Shown piece by piece: positions 28,520-38,618 of a DNA stretch of 64,000 nt (its first letter is position 1; every line of letters begins with the position of its first letter). The stretch is taken from positions 1,696,001 through 1,760,000 of the forward strand of contig OZ223236.1 in NCBI GenBank assembly GCA_965140445.1, written 5' to 3'. A program made the position numbers and the translations under genes. The notes beneath the pieces were generated by a model that worked only from the letters and a program-made list of their open reading frames with translations, did not search any database and was not told where the DNA came from. Source of the DNA: Candidatus Ozemobacteraceae bacterium. GTDB taxonomy: Bacteria > Muiribacteriota > Ozemobacteria > Ozemobacterales > Ozemobacteraceae.

Positions 28520-29206
28520 GTGAAATACATAATGAAAGATGGGGAGAAATTCAGATACAAATTTGAGCAGGGAAATAAAATATTTTATCGCGTGAATATT
28601 TTGGGAGAAATTTTAGTTTCTACGCCCATGGGAAAAATGAAAAACCCGGTAGAAATTTTTATGCGTATTTCACAAAAAATAAAAAGTATACAAAATGAAA
28701 CAGCATCAATTGAAGTGATTATTGAAAGCGCTGTGCCAGGTAAAAATATGGGTAGTGTTCCAATGCCGGAAACAGGGAAAATTTCCATGATGGAAATGAA
28801 CTCGAGAGGTTTGGTAAAGATGTTAAGCGGTGATTACGGCTGGCAGGGGGCTGAGTATTCCCAAATGCAATTTCCCGAAGAAAAAATTGAGTTGGGAAGT
28901 GATTGGGAGCAAATCACTGAGCCAGCATCCGGAAGCGGTTTCCCTCTTAAAACCAGATATGTCTATAAAGAATTTGATGAAAAGTCTGAGATGGCGGTTT
29001 TTGCGAGCGAGCTGTTTACCACTCCCACTCCATTTTCGCGTGCTGAAAAACTTGGCGAAGGTTGGTTTCGTTTTGACTCCAAAAACGGCTGGATCCATTC
29101 TTGTCTGAATAAAATCACACATTCATATACCATGCCTCTTCCAGAAGATCCTAACGTTAAGATTCAAACAGATACTTTGTTGGAAATAAAGATGGAAAGA
29201 GAATAG
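28520..29206 (+). CDS. Hypothetical beta-rich protein, first gene of the exporter operon
   Basis: 228-aa ORF abutting the TolC gene; FRYKFEQG and FPEEKIELGSDW motifs are reminiscent of DUF6263-like proteins (not verified). Confidence 0.65.
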   Translation: MKYIMKDGEKFRYKFEQGNKIFYRVNILGEILVSTPMGKMKNPVEIFMRISQKIKSIQNETASIEVIIESAVPGKNMGSVPMPETGKISMMEMNSRGLVKMLSGDYGWQGAEYSQMQFPEEKIELGSDWEQITEPASGSGFPLKTRYVYKEFDEKSEMAVFASELFTTPTPFSRAEKLGEGWFRFDSKNGWIHSCLNKITHSYTMPLPEDPNVKIQTDTLLEIKMERE

Positions 29207-29207
29207 G

Positions 29208-30758
29208 ATGAATCGTTTTAGACCAATAGTTTTTATTTTTCTTGCTTTGATCATTCTTTCGCCAAGGGCTTTTTGCCAAGTTGAAGAAAAGGATAAAGAA
29301 GCATTAAGGGCAGTTAAAAAGTTTGCTGAAAAAGTCCTAAATGGGAATAGAGGCATTTTAAATCTTGATTCCCAGCAGACCATAGCAGAACTTAAAAAGC
29401 GGAAAAGTTTAAATGCTTTTTCTCCTGATTTTTCTCTGAATTATGATGGAAGCAAATCCGCAAATCGCAGCTATAACTCAATCACAGGCCTTGAAGAAGA
29501 TTATTCGACCCGAAGACGTAGTAACACAGCGTCCTTAAATCAAAAAACGGTTTTTGGTGATCTTGGTTTGAATTATTCTGGTAGCAAAACAGAGTTTACA
29601 AGTTCGCAAGCTAGTTACTTTGAGTCTATGTTTTTAAGTTTGCAGACTGGTATTTTAAGGCGCAACTTTCGAATTAATAAACTTGAACGCCGATTGGCTC
29701 ATTTAACCTTCAAGATTGAAACAGCAAGAAATGATGCTGTTTTAATGGATGTTTTGCTTGAAGGGTTTCAGGGGCTGTTTAATCGAATTCTATCTGAAAA
29801 AAATGCTTTTCAGAAAAAAGAAAATCTTGATTTTTACGCCACCCTGGTTGAAGAAGCTAAGATTAAATTAAAAAATGGAATGGGAAGTGAATTGGACCTG
29901 AAACAGTCTGATATGAGACTAAACCAGGCTTTAACCGGGCAAGAAGAAACAACCTTGCAGCTGAAAGAATATGATCGTCGTTTAAAACTACTCTTTGGAG
30001 AAGAAAAATGGGATTCTGAGCTTGCAAGTTTTTCGCTGGATTTAATTGTTGATGCAATTCCTGAAGAATTAGATCCAAAAAAAATGATTAAAACAGCATT
30101 TGAAAAGCGACCTGATTTTATTGCAGCTACGAATGAAACCAAGCTTCAGGAAACTGCTCTTAATATCGGAAAGGAGAATAAAAAGCCCGATTTATCAGCC
30201 GTTTTGAGCTGGGGAAAACAAGGGCGAAGCACTCAAAAAAGCCTTGCAAGCGACATGAGAGACAAGAACTGGAATCTGGCTATTGTATATAATACAAAGA
30301 TTGGACCAGATAACCAGAAGATAGATTTTAGGATAGAAAGAGAGCGATTAAAAAATCTGCGTAGAAATTTGAAACAAAAAGAAGAAGAGATCAAAGTCGC
30401 AATAATCAGGGGAATTGATAATCTCATTTTTTTTCGGAAAAATCTTGAGTCATTAAAAGCTTCCAGTAGATTGTCATCTGAAGTGCTAGAAGGCCAACGT
30501 TTAAATTTCCAGCTTGGGCGAATTTCGTTACTTGATTTAAGCAGGTATCAACAAGAAGCGGATAGCGCAAAAATTGCTGTTGTAAATGGTGAGACTCAGT
30601 TAATTATGAGTTGGCTGCGTTTAAAGTATGAAACAGGAGAACTGCTGGAGCTATTTTTACCTGAAAATAAGAAAAAATACGTGAAAAATCTCAGCGGGGA
30701 AAATTTTGAAATAGTTCCCGTTGAAATTGGTGATGAAGGCTCGGAGATATCAAATTGA
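29208..30758 (+). CDS. TolC-family outer membrane efflux protein
   Basis: Signal peptide; two OEP-type repeats (KLKNGMGSELDL, NFQLGRISLLDL) and KRPDF; operon context. Confidence 0.85.
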   Translation: MNRFRPIVFIFLALIILSPRAFCQVEEKDKEALRAVKKFAEKVLNGNRGILNLDSQQTIAELKKRKSLNAFSPDFSLNYDGSKSANRSYNSITGLEEDYSTRRRSNTASLNQKTVFGDLGLNYSGSKTEFTSSQASYFESMFLSLQTGILRRNFRINKLERRLAHLTFKIETARNDAVLMDVLLEGFQGLFNRILSEKNAFQKKENLDFYATLVEEAKIKLKNGMGSELDLKQSDMRLNQALTGQEETTLQLKEYDRRLKLLFGEEKWDSELASFSLDLIVDAIPEELDPKKMIKTAFEKRPDFIAATNETKLQETALNIGKENKKPDLSAVLSWGKQGRSTQKSLASDMRDKNWNLAIVYNTKIGPDNQKIDFRIERERLKNLRRNLKQKEEEIKVAIIRGIDNLIFFRKNLESLKASSRLSSEVLEGQRLNFQLGRISLLDLSRYQQEADSAKIAVVNGETQLIMSWLRLKYETGELLELFLPENKKKYVKNLSGENFEIVPVEIGDEGSEISN

Positions 30759-32137
30759 AAAAGTCTGTGTCTGTCGCAATTGCATTTGTTTTATGTCTGA
30801 TAGTTGCAGGATGTGGCTCCGAATCAAAATCTAGAGAAATTGAATTTCATTTCAAAAAATCAACAATGAAAAAAACTTTGCATTTTAAAGGGCTAATTGA
30901 ACCGGCAAAGGCTACCAGCGTTTCTTTGAAAAAGGGTTATGGGACAATTGAGTGGATGGCTCCAGAAGGACAGTTTGTTGCCTCTGGGGAGACAATTGTG
31001 AAATTGAGAATGGACGATGCTGAAGAGGGATTTAGAGATGCCGATCTTAAGCTTTTTAAAGTGGAAAAAGATAAAGAAGAAAAAGAGATCTCAACTCCAT
31101 ATGATATCTCCTTGAAAAGGAAGGATTTCTTTGAAAAAAAGCTTTTACTTGAGCAGGGAAGATTTGATCATTACCATCTTTTAAAAGGTGAAACTGAGGA
31201 TAAAATAAAAACTGCTGAATCTGAGAAAAAGAAGAACCTTTTTGAGTTAAGTTTTTCTCAGGCTTTTTTAGAATTTCAAAAACAAATTGCGAAAAAAGGC
31301 TTTTCAAGCTCTTTTGACTTACAAAGTCGGGAAATCGATACTTTTTCAAAGGAAGTTGAGCTTGATTATTCAAAACGCTATTTTGACAAGCTTTTTGATC
31401 CACCTTTGGAGGAAGAACTTACCAAAACCGAGTATCAAATAGATGTGGCTTCAGGCGAATTGTGGCTTTCTCGCAACAACATTGTTTCCGCTTCTTTGTC
31501 CGCTCAAATAATTATGAAAAGTGCTGAAGCTGTTGTAGAAATGCGAAAAGCAAGATGGAAATCCTATAAAGAAACTCTGGAACAGAAAGTTATTTGCGCA
31601 CCACATCCTGGAATGGTTATTGTTCCAACTCTCTGGGGAGTTTTTAAGTTTTCGGTTGGGCAACAAGTCTGGCCAAGGGTTGGATTTATGAAAATTGCAG
31701 GGAATGAAGGTTTTTATGTTTCAGCAATTGTTGATGAAACGATTTCTTCTGAATTAAAACAGGATGCTTCTGCTACAGTTCGGTTGGAAGCTGATCCAGA
31801 AAAAGTATTTCAGGCAAAAATTCGAAGTATAAGTAAGTCCGCAAAGAGCTCCAGAGGGAAGCAAAGTGGGTTCAAGAAGTTTCCGGTTGAGCTGGATATA
31901 AACTATGGCAGTAATACATTAACCGTTGGTTCAAAAGTCGATGTTAGTGTTGATCTGGTTGGTAGTGATGGAGTTTATATTCCAAGAGATGCTGTTAAAG
32001 AAGATGGCAAAAAAAAGTTTTTAAAACTAAAAAACACCCTTGGGGTAAGTGAAGTTGAAGTAGACCTGGAAGTTTTTGATGCGGATTGGTTTTTGTGGAA
32101 AAATCCATCTCAGCAGGAAGGGAAGGTTCTTTATTAG
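30755..32137 (+). CDS. Periplasmic adaptor (HlyD/MacA-like membrane fusion lipoprotein)
   Basis: Lipobox VAGC; lipoyl half-motifs PEGQFVASGE and ICAPHPGMV flanking a long coiled coil. Confidence 0.8.
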   Translation: MKKSVSVAIAFVLCLIVAGCGSESKSREIEFHFKKSTMKKTLHFKGLIEPAKATSVSLKKGYGTIEWMAPEGQFVASGETIVKLRMDDAEEGFRDADLKLFKVEKDKEEKEISTPYDISLKRKDFFEKKLLLEQGRFDHYHLLKGETEDKIKTAESEKKKNLFELSFSQAFLEFQKQIAKKGFSSSFDLQSREIDTFSKEVELDYSKRYFDKLFDPPLEEELTKTEYQIDVASGELWLSRNNIVSASLSAQIIMKSAEAVVEMRKARWKSYKETLEQKVICAPHPGMVIVPTLWGVFKFSVGQQVWPRVGFMKIAGNEGFYVSAIVDETISSELKQDASATVRLEADPEKVFQAKIRSISKSAKSSRGKQSGFKKFPVELDINYGSNTLTVGSKVDVSVDLVGSDGVYIPRDAVKEDGKKKFLKLKNTLGVSEVEVDLEVFDADWFLWKNPSQQEGKVLY

Positions 32138-32138
32138 C

Positions 32139-34709
32139 ATGAAAAAGATTTTATTTTACCTTCTAATTATCTGCATTTCTTTCTTTAATACTGCATGTGA
32201 GGAAAAAAGTCGGAAACCTGGTCCGGAGCAAAAAAAAGATTCCCAGCCATTCCTGGCTAAGGGGTCTCTGGTTTATCTGAATGAAAAAGAAGTTTTCGCT
32301 AACTCATATTCTGAGATTATGTCTCTGGTTGAGGAGGGAAAGTGGGTTAATGAAGGAGATTTGCTTTGTAATCTTTCTCCAAAGGACTCTATTTCTCAGC
32401 TTGAGTTCGCCAAAAACGATTTAAAAAGACAAGAGTTAGAATTTAACTATTTAAAAGATTCTTTAAAGCAAAGACAAAAGCTTGAAAAGATTAATTTACA
32501 GATTGTAAAAGTAAAATTTCAAATGGCTGAAGTTGAATTGCAGAAGGCTAAGACGAGTAGAGATTGGCTAAGAATTTTCGAATTGGAAGAATCTCTCAAG
32601 GTGATGAAGATTAATAAAAAGCTCTTAGAACTAAAGCTTGCCGCAAATACTGAATTAGTAGAAAAAGGTTTTGTATCAAAGGTTAATCTGCTCGAGATTC
32701 AAAAAGAATTAAAAGTTCTAAATGAGAACGCCTCTTTAACAAAAGCTTTAATTCCTGAACTTGAGAAACAGGTTGAAGAAAAAAGAGTTTTTGAAAAGAA
32801 AAAATTGTATAAAGCTGCTGAAATCGAAGTTACAACTGCGGAAAAACTTTTGCAGAAGAACTTGTTTAATTTTGAAACTCAGTTAGAAATAAAAAATAGA
32901 GAAATGAAGGACGTTGCTTCTAAGGTTGCAAGATTGACTAGTGAGCTTGAAGCACTGAAGGTTGTTTCCCCCACAAGTGGTTTTGCGTTGTGGGGATACA
33001 CACAAATGACAATGAAGAAAGAAAAAATCAGCCCCGGGACAGCTGTATATCCCGGTGTAACACTGTTCAAAATAGTACAAAAAGATCGCGTTGGTATTGA
33101 CAGCTTTTTTAATCAGAGGGATTCATCATTAATTCGCAGCAGCTCAGAACTGTTTTTTTATCCAGATTCATTTCCGGAACTTTACTATAAATGTAAGCCA
33201 GATAAAGTTTCTGAACTAGCTATTGCTGCTGATGGTCAAAATCCAGATGGTTTAACCTTTATGAATTTGAAATCGGAACTTACTGGCATATCAGAAATGC
33301 TTTTGCATGGTTTCTCGGGGACGCTTACCAATATTGCTCCGCCGAATAAACATAGTGGAAAAGGTTTGATTAAACCGCTTAAAGTTGTTAAAAAAAGGGT
33401 TAGCCGGACAATCAGTGTTCCAGGGGAAGTAGAGCCATCTGAATTTAGCACAATTTCTCCCCCGTACAATGCTCGTTTAAATTCTTTGGTTGAAGAGGGA
33501 AAGGTCGTTAAGGCTGGCGAAGAGTTGGCAAGAATTGACGCAGGTGAAAGAGAGCAAAAACTAAGTGATGAAGTTGTTCAAATTGAAAAAAAACGCGAAG
33601 AGTTAAAACTCCTGGAGGAGAAATTCTTGAATGAAAGCTCTCGTTTAAAGAGCTTGGAAAAGATAAAAAAAGGCGCATTAACAGTCGCTCAACTGGAGTA
33701 TAAAACTCTGATTAAGCAAAGAGATGAGGATAAAATTATCAATTTAAGAAAAGGCTTAGAACTTAAAAAGGCCAAGTTGAAGCTGGCTCAACAAAAGTAT
33801 TCACATGTTACAGAACTTAATAGAAAAGGACTTAGGTCTAAGCTCGAATTGCTCGAAGCTGAGTTGGAAATTGCAAACGTAAAGAAAGACATTGAAATTG
33901 AATCTTATAAGTTAAATCTTGAGGAATCTGGCCCTACAAGAAATAATATAAAGCTGGCTCAACTTAACTCTGAAATGGCACAGCTTGAGCTGGAAAAAGC
34001 GCAGGTCGAATGTTCAATTGGTCTTAAAAAAGGCGATTTTGATATTGAGCTAAATAGAGAGGAATTAAAAAGTAGGGAATTGAGCAAGAATGAAATCCAG
34101 AGTCAAATTGATAGAGCTACCTTAAAGGCTGCCAGAGATGGAATTGTTATCTTGCTGGATACTTACATTTCCGGAGAAAAAAGAAAGGCTAAAGTTGGAG
34201 ACAGTATTTATGGAATGATTCCTTTGATTCAAGTCGCTGATGATAGCAGTCTGGTAATTAAAACTCAAATCTCAGAAATGGATATAAAATTTTTAAAAAT
34301 TGGCATGAAAGCAATTGTGAAGACAAAATCTGCCCCTGGAAGAGAATTCGGTGCGTGGGTGAAAAAAATCGGAAGAATCGCAACTAACAATTCTAGTGAA
34401 AGGCAAGATTCAATTGTTGAGGTTTTGTTTGATCTAAAATCGGTTGAAAATGGCGTAAGTAAAATTGATCCAGTTTTTTCACCTGGCTCCTCTTGCGAAG
34501 TAGAGATTCAACTGTACGATCGAGTGGATGCGATTTGGCTGCCATATGGATATGTAGTTCCTGACTCCATTGGACCTGGTGTTATAAAAGATAACGGCGA
34601 ATTTCACCCGGTTAAGATTGATTTTTCTGATGGGCTGAATGGCTACGTATTGCGGGAAGGGCTTAATGAAGGAGATACTGTTTGCTATCCCGGGGGCCAA
34701 AATGATTAA
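32139..34709 (+). CDS. Tandem double periplasmic adaptor (two MFP modules) lipoprotein
   Basis: ATG 32139, lipobox NTAC. Module 1 LVEEGKWVNEGD...VVSPTSG; module 2 LVEEGKVVKAGE...LKAARDG. Confidence 0.8.
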   Translation: MKKILFYLLIICISFFNTACEEKSRKPGPEQKKDSQPFLAKGSLVYLNEKEVFANSYSEIMSLVEEGKWVNEGDLLCNLSPKDSISQLEFAKNDLKRQELEFNYLKDSLKQRQKLEKINLQIVKVKFQMAEVELQKAKTSRDWLRIFELEESLKVMKINKKLLELKLAANTELVEKGFVSKVNLLEIQKELKVLNENASLTKALIPELEKQVEEKRVFEKKKLYKAAEIEVTTAEKLLQKNLFNFETQLEIKNREMKDVASKVARLTSELEALKVVSPTSGFALWGYTQMTMKKEKISPGTAVYPGVTLFKIVQKDRVGIDSFFNQRDSSLIRSSSELFFYPDSFPELYYKCKPDKVSELAIAADGQNPDGLTFMNLKSELTGISEMLLHGFSGTLTNIAPPNKHSGKGLIKPLKVVKKRVSRTISVPGEVEPSEFSTISPPYNARLNSLVEEGKVVKAGEELARIDAGEREQKLSDEVVQIEKKREELKLLEEKFLNESSRLKSLEKIKKGALTVAQLEYKTLIKQRDEDKIINLRKGLELKKAKLKLAQQKYSHVTELNRKGLRSKLELLEAELEIANVKKDIEIESYKLNLEESGPTRNNIKLAQLNSEMAQLELEKAQVECSIGLKKGDFDIELNREELKSRELSKNEIQSQIDRATLKAARDGIVILLDTYISGEKRKAKVGDSIYGMIPLIQVADDSSLVIKTQISEMDIKFLKIGMKAIVKTKSAPGREFGAWVKKIGRIATNNSSERQDSIVEVLFDLKSVENGVSKIDPVFSPGSSCEVEIQLYDRVDAIWLPYGYVVPDSIGPGVIKDNGEFHPVKIDFSDGLNGYVLREGLNEGDTVCYPGGQND

Positions 34710-35448
34710 AGCTGAAAAACTTCAAAGGCATTTTTCCTTAAAAGACGTTTCTGTTAAGGCAGTAGATGAAATTAGTCTGAGCATATCTCCAGGAGAATTT
34801 GTTGCTATTATGGGCCCTTCTGGGTCAGGCAAATCAACTTTGCTTTATATGCTTGGTGCAATGGATAAACCTACTGGGGGGCATCTTTCAATAAACGACC
34901 AGATTGTTTCAAAAATGGATGATGAGAGCTGTTCCAGATTTCGGAGTAGAGAGCTTGGTTTTATTTTTCAATCTTTTCATCTGTTACCAAAAGTGAATTT
35001 AATTCGCAATGTGGAATTGCCCATGCTCTATGCCGGAATTGAAAAAGAGCAACGAATAAAGCGATCAAAGCTTTTGCTGGAATCTGTAGGGCTTGGAGAT
35101 CGTATGGAGCATTTGCCAACAGAGCTTTCCGGAGGGCAATGTCAGCGCGCAGCCATAGCCCGTTCATTAGCCAATGGTCCGTCTTTGCTTTTAGCTGATG
35201 AACCAACTGGAAATTTAGATTCCAGGACAGGAGAGGAAATTATTGCGATTTTTCAGTGCTTGAACAGGGCTGGAATGACAATTGCCATGGTTACCCATGA
35301 TAACAATATGGCAATGCATGCAGGTCGAATAATTAAAATGTCTGACGGGAAAGTTGTTTCCGATGAACAGGTTGCTGAAAAGCGTGTAGCCACAATTTCT
35401 CCCGAAAGTGAAAAGAAGCTATTGGATGGTTTAAATGAGGCTTACTGA
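34702..35448 (+). CDS. ABC transporter ATP-binding protein (MacB/LolD type)
   Basis: Motifs GPSGSGKST, LSGGQ, LLLADEPTGNLD and VTHD. ATG 34702 overlaps the upstream stop. Confidence 0.95.
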   Translation: MIKAEKLQRHFSLKDVSVKAVDEISLSISPGEFVAIMGPSGSGKSTLLYMLGAMDKPTGGHLSINDQIVSKMDDESCSRFRSRELGFIFQSFHLLPKVNLIRNVELPMLYAGIEKEQRIKRSKLLLESVGLGDRMEHLPTELSGGQCQRAAIARSLANGPSLLLADEPTGNLDSRTGEEIIAIFQCLNRAGMTIAMVTHDNNMAMHAGRIIKMSDGKVVSDEQVAEKRVATISPESEKKLLDGLNEAY

Positions 35449-36682
35449 ACAAATAAGAATTGGGTCACTTGGACTAACAGACCACCCATTTAGAACTTTT
35501 TTGACTATGCTGGGGGTTATTTTTGGCGTTGCGGCAGTTATTTCGATGGTCTCAATTGGTGCAGGGGCAGAGAAAGAGGCCTTAGAGGAGCTTAAGAAAT
35601 TTGGCGCAAACAGCATCAGGGTCAATGCAATTGAAATAGAGGGCGAGCGTCTCACCGATGCTGTAAAAAAGCTCGCTAGAGGATTGTCCATTCCTGATGT
35701 GGAGTTCTTAAAAAAAGCATGTCCCTTTATTAAATATATTGTCCCGGAAAAAACAGAAGAGTATCGCTTTTATTGCAGAAATAGAAAGCCTTTATGCAAA
35801 ATTGTCGGGGTGGGGCAGAATTTTCTTGAAGCCTCAAGATTTGAAATTGAGAAGGGAAAATTCTTTTCAAATGAAGATTGGGAAAACTCACCTCCATACG
35901 TTGTTCTGGGGGCTGGCGTGGCAAGTGACGTATTTGGTCTTATAAACCCTATTGGGCAAATTGTTCAAATCGAAGATGCAAGGTTAAAAGTTTTAGGAGT
36001 TATGCGTGAACAAGGCAAAGGAAAGGGTAAGCTTGCAATTAAAAGAAGAGATCATGATCGTGATGTTTATATGCCTTTAAATTCTATGTTCGATAGACTA
36101 CAAAAATGGCCCATTGAAGATCGAAAAATTTACCACCAGATTTCTGGGCTTTGGATTGAAGTTTTTGATGGAGTAGACCTTATTGAGGCTCGAGATGTGA
36201 TTATGAAAATATTAAAGCGTAGACACCGCGAAATAATAGATCTGGAAAGTCAGGTTCCCCTCGAAATTCTTCAACAGAGCCAGAAAACTCAGCATCTGTT
36301 TAATCTTGTTATGGCCTTAATCGCAGGAATTTCTCTCTTGGTTGGTGGAATAGGAATTATGAATATTATGTTGGCTTCTGTTAATGAGAGGACTAGAGAA
36401 GTCGGTGTAAGGCGAGCTCTGGGGGCATCCAAGAGAGATATTGTGGTGCAGTTTCTCGTTGAAGCCAGCTTAATAAGCGTGGGTGGGGGAATAGCTGGAA
36501 TATTCCTTGGGGTTTCTCTTTCCTTTGGTATTTCACTATATACAGGTTGGGTTACTGTTATTCCCTTGTCGGCAGTAATTATAGCGTTTTTTGTTTCGAT
36601 TTCTGTGGGAATAGTTTTCGGTAGTTTTCCTGCCGCAAAAGCCGCCAGCCTTGACCCTGTAAAGGCTTTACGCTACGAATAA
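35435..36682 (+). CDS. ABC transporter permease (MacB/FtsX family)
   Basis: Motifs RTFLTMLGVIFGVAAVI, GGIGIMNIMLASVNERTREVGVRRALGA and PAAKAASLDPVKALRYE. Confidence 0.95.
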   Translation: MRLTEQIRIGSLGLTDHPFRTFLTMLGVIFGVAAVISMVSIGAGAEKEALEELKKFGANSIRVNAIEIEGERLTDAVKKLARGLSIPDVEFLKKACPFIKYIVPEKTEEYRFYCRNRKPLCKIVGVGQNFLEASRFEIEKGKFFSNEDWENSPPYVVLGAGVASDVFGLINPIGQIVQIEDARLKVLGVMREQGKGKGKLAIKRRDHDRDVYMPLNSMFDRLQKWPIEDRKIYHQISGLWIEVFDGVDLIEARDVIMKILKRRHREIIDLESQVPLEILQQSQKTQHLFNLVMALIAGISLLVGGIGIMNIMLASVNERTREVGVRRALGASKRDIVVQFLVEASLISVGGGIAGIFLGVSLSFGISLYTGWVTVIPLSAVIIAFFVSISVGIVFGSFPAAKAASLDPVKALRYE

Positions 36683-36750
36683 AAAAGCTCTTTTTATCGC
36701 TTCAGTTTATTGATTTTTGTCTAACTTTGTGATAATCTCATTCAATACCC

Positions 36751-36834
36751 GCCCGGGTGGTGAAATTGGCAAACACGCTAGATTCAGGTTCTAGTGCTCG
36801 CAAGGGCTTGGGGGTTCAAGTCCCCCCTCGGGCA
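36751..36834 (+). tRNA. tRNA-Leu (anticodon CAG)
   Basis: Acceptor GCCCGGG/CTCGGGC with discriminator A, D-loop TGG, anticodon arm CTAGA-TTCAGGT-TCTAG, long variable arm, GGTTCAAGTCC T-arm. CCA is not encoded. Confidence 0.96.
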
Positions 36835-36844
36835 ATGCAGGTAT

Positions 36845-36883
36845 AAAAAGGGCTGCTCCTTATGAGCGGCCCTTTTTCTTTTT
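36845..36883 (+). terminator. Intrinsic terminator after the tRNA
   Basis: aaaaagggctgctc-cttat-gagcggcccttttt followed by a T-tract. Confidence 0.85.
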
Positions 36884-37004
36884 AGCTTATTACGTTTTTC
36901 GCTTTATTTTGTCGATAGTTAGGGTAATCGTGTGTTTTCTAAAAATTGCTTAAAAAGACAGTTTAAAGTAATCTGGAAGTATATAAAGATAAAAAAATGA
37001 GAGA

Positions 37005-38597
37005 ATGATGAAGAGTGATGAATTAAAAAACAGGATTCTTTTATCCATAGAGAATCTTTATTCCTCTGAGCCTAGTAAATATGAGCTGGTCAACCTTGCC
37101 GAGACATTAGATGAGTGGGACAATCTAGTTTTCGAAGAAAAAGACGAGCAGGAAGCGCAAATTTACAAATTGCTTCAAAGGCTTCAGCTATTTCTGAAAC
37201 AGTCTAATAATACTGAAGCTTCAGAAAAAATAGAGCAAATCATTCTTAGTATTTTCCCGGAGAGAATGTTTCCTGATCTACCATCAAGAGAAAAAGTAAT
37301 AAATCTTGATACTAAACCACTTGATGTCGCAACGGGAATTATGAAATTAAAGAAATTCCCAGAAGACGCTCAAAATTCTTTTCATGAGTTTAGAGAAGCC
37401 TTTTTTAAAGCGAGAAAAGATTTTAACCAGTTTTTGGCGGAGATTAAGGGCGGTGGATTTGGCCCTGAAGGAACGGGGCTTGCCGGGGATTTATATGTAA
37501 AGTTCTTAAAAACGGCTAGCCAACTGCAATATACTTCCCAGATAGATGTACCCTGGTCCGCGATGTTTCAATTTGCAAAGAAGCTAAATGATGAAAGACA
37601 AAAATTTCTTGAAGCACATTTGTTGTTAAAAACCTTAGAAGAAATTAAAAGTTCTTTTCCAACAACGGAGTTGAGAGGAAAGATCAAGAAAAGTAGTAGA
37701 CAGTATTTAAGAAATAGCCTATGGGACAATCTTGATAAGGCTTTAGCAGACGGAAACTATAGCATGGTTTTAAAATATGCAGAAAAACTTGAGCCTTTAT
37801 CAGAAAATGCTGCGGATTCAAACAACCTAAAGTTAATTAAACAGTATTCCGAAGGGAAGTTGGAAGGAGCTCCCAGGGGTTGTATCATTGCAATTGTTTT
37901 GTTGGTTCTGGCTATTGGTATTTTGCCAAGATTTTTGTCAAATCAGGAGAATTCACCATTAACTAACATCGTGCTAAAAGGTAAAGTCCGGAAATCTTTT
38001 GAAGAAGAAATGAAAGAACCATTTTTAAATAAGTATGATCGAGGAATCAAGTATATTTCAAGAGCTGGCTTACTGGAGCAAAAGCCCCCATATACTCCGC
38101 ATGATAGACCTCTAAAGATGGCTGAAGTTAGGTTTGTTTTTTTTCAAAAGTATAGATTGGAAATATTGAAACAAAAGTTGCTTCAAGGGCAGTTTAAACA
38201 AAAGTTGACAAAACTTATTGATGATTATCAGCGTCGCTGTGATTTTTTTGAGGCTAGCGATTTAGATAAAGAGACGGTCGAACAAGAATTGAAGATGAAT
38301 GCTGATATAATTAAAAAAGAAACCGAAGAAATTGTTTCTCAATGGGAAAACGAATTGGGTATTTCCTCAAAGCTTACTTCACTTGATACTGAAACAAAAG
38401 TTAGAAAAACTAATTTTTTCACTGAAATTGAAAAAGTTCAATATCGCCTTTTTGAATTGGGTTATTATAAAGGTAAGATAGATGGATTGTTAAATGAAGC
38501 AACAAAAGATTCTATAACTATGTTCAAGCTTGAACAGATGGGACTTTACGATGCTAACCTGGATTCGGAAACAAAAAAACTATTATTTGGAAAGTAA
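37005..38597 (+). CDS. Single-pass membrane protein with C-terminal peptidoglycan-binding-like domain (paralog A)
   Basis: TM GCIIAIVLLVLAIGIL at about residue 292; C-terminal VQYRLFELGYYKGKIDGLLNEATKDSI resembles PG_binding_1. Confidence 0.75.
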   Translation: MMKSDELKNRILLSIENLYSSEPSKYELVNLAETLDEWDNLVFEEKDEQEAQIYKLLQRLQLFLKQSNNTEASEKIEQIILSIFPERMFPDLPSREKVINLDTKPLDVATGIMKLKKFPEDAQNSFHEFREAFFKARKDFNQFLAEIKGGGFGPEGTGLAGDLYVKFLKTASQLQYTSQIDVPWSAMFQFAKKLNDERQKFLEAHLLLKTLEEIKSSFPTTELRGKIKKSSRQYLRNSLWDNLDKALADGNYSMVLKYAEKLEPLSENAADSNNLKLIKQYSEGKLEGAPRGCIIAIVLLVLAIGILPRFLSNQENSPLTNIVLKGKVRKSFEEEMKEPFLNKYDRGIKYISRAGLLEQKPPYTPHDRPLKMAEVRFVFFQKYRLEILKQKLLQGQFKQKLTKLIDDYQRRCDFFEASDLDKETVEQELKMNADIIKKETEEIVSQWENELGISSKLTSLDTETKVRKTNFFTEIEKVQYRLFELGYYKGKIDGLLNEATKDSITMFKLEQMGLYDANLDSETKKLLFGK

Positions 38598-38618
38598 AAA
38601 CAAGCGAGCATTCTGAAA

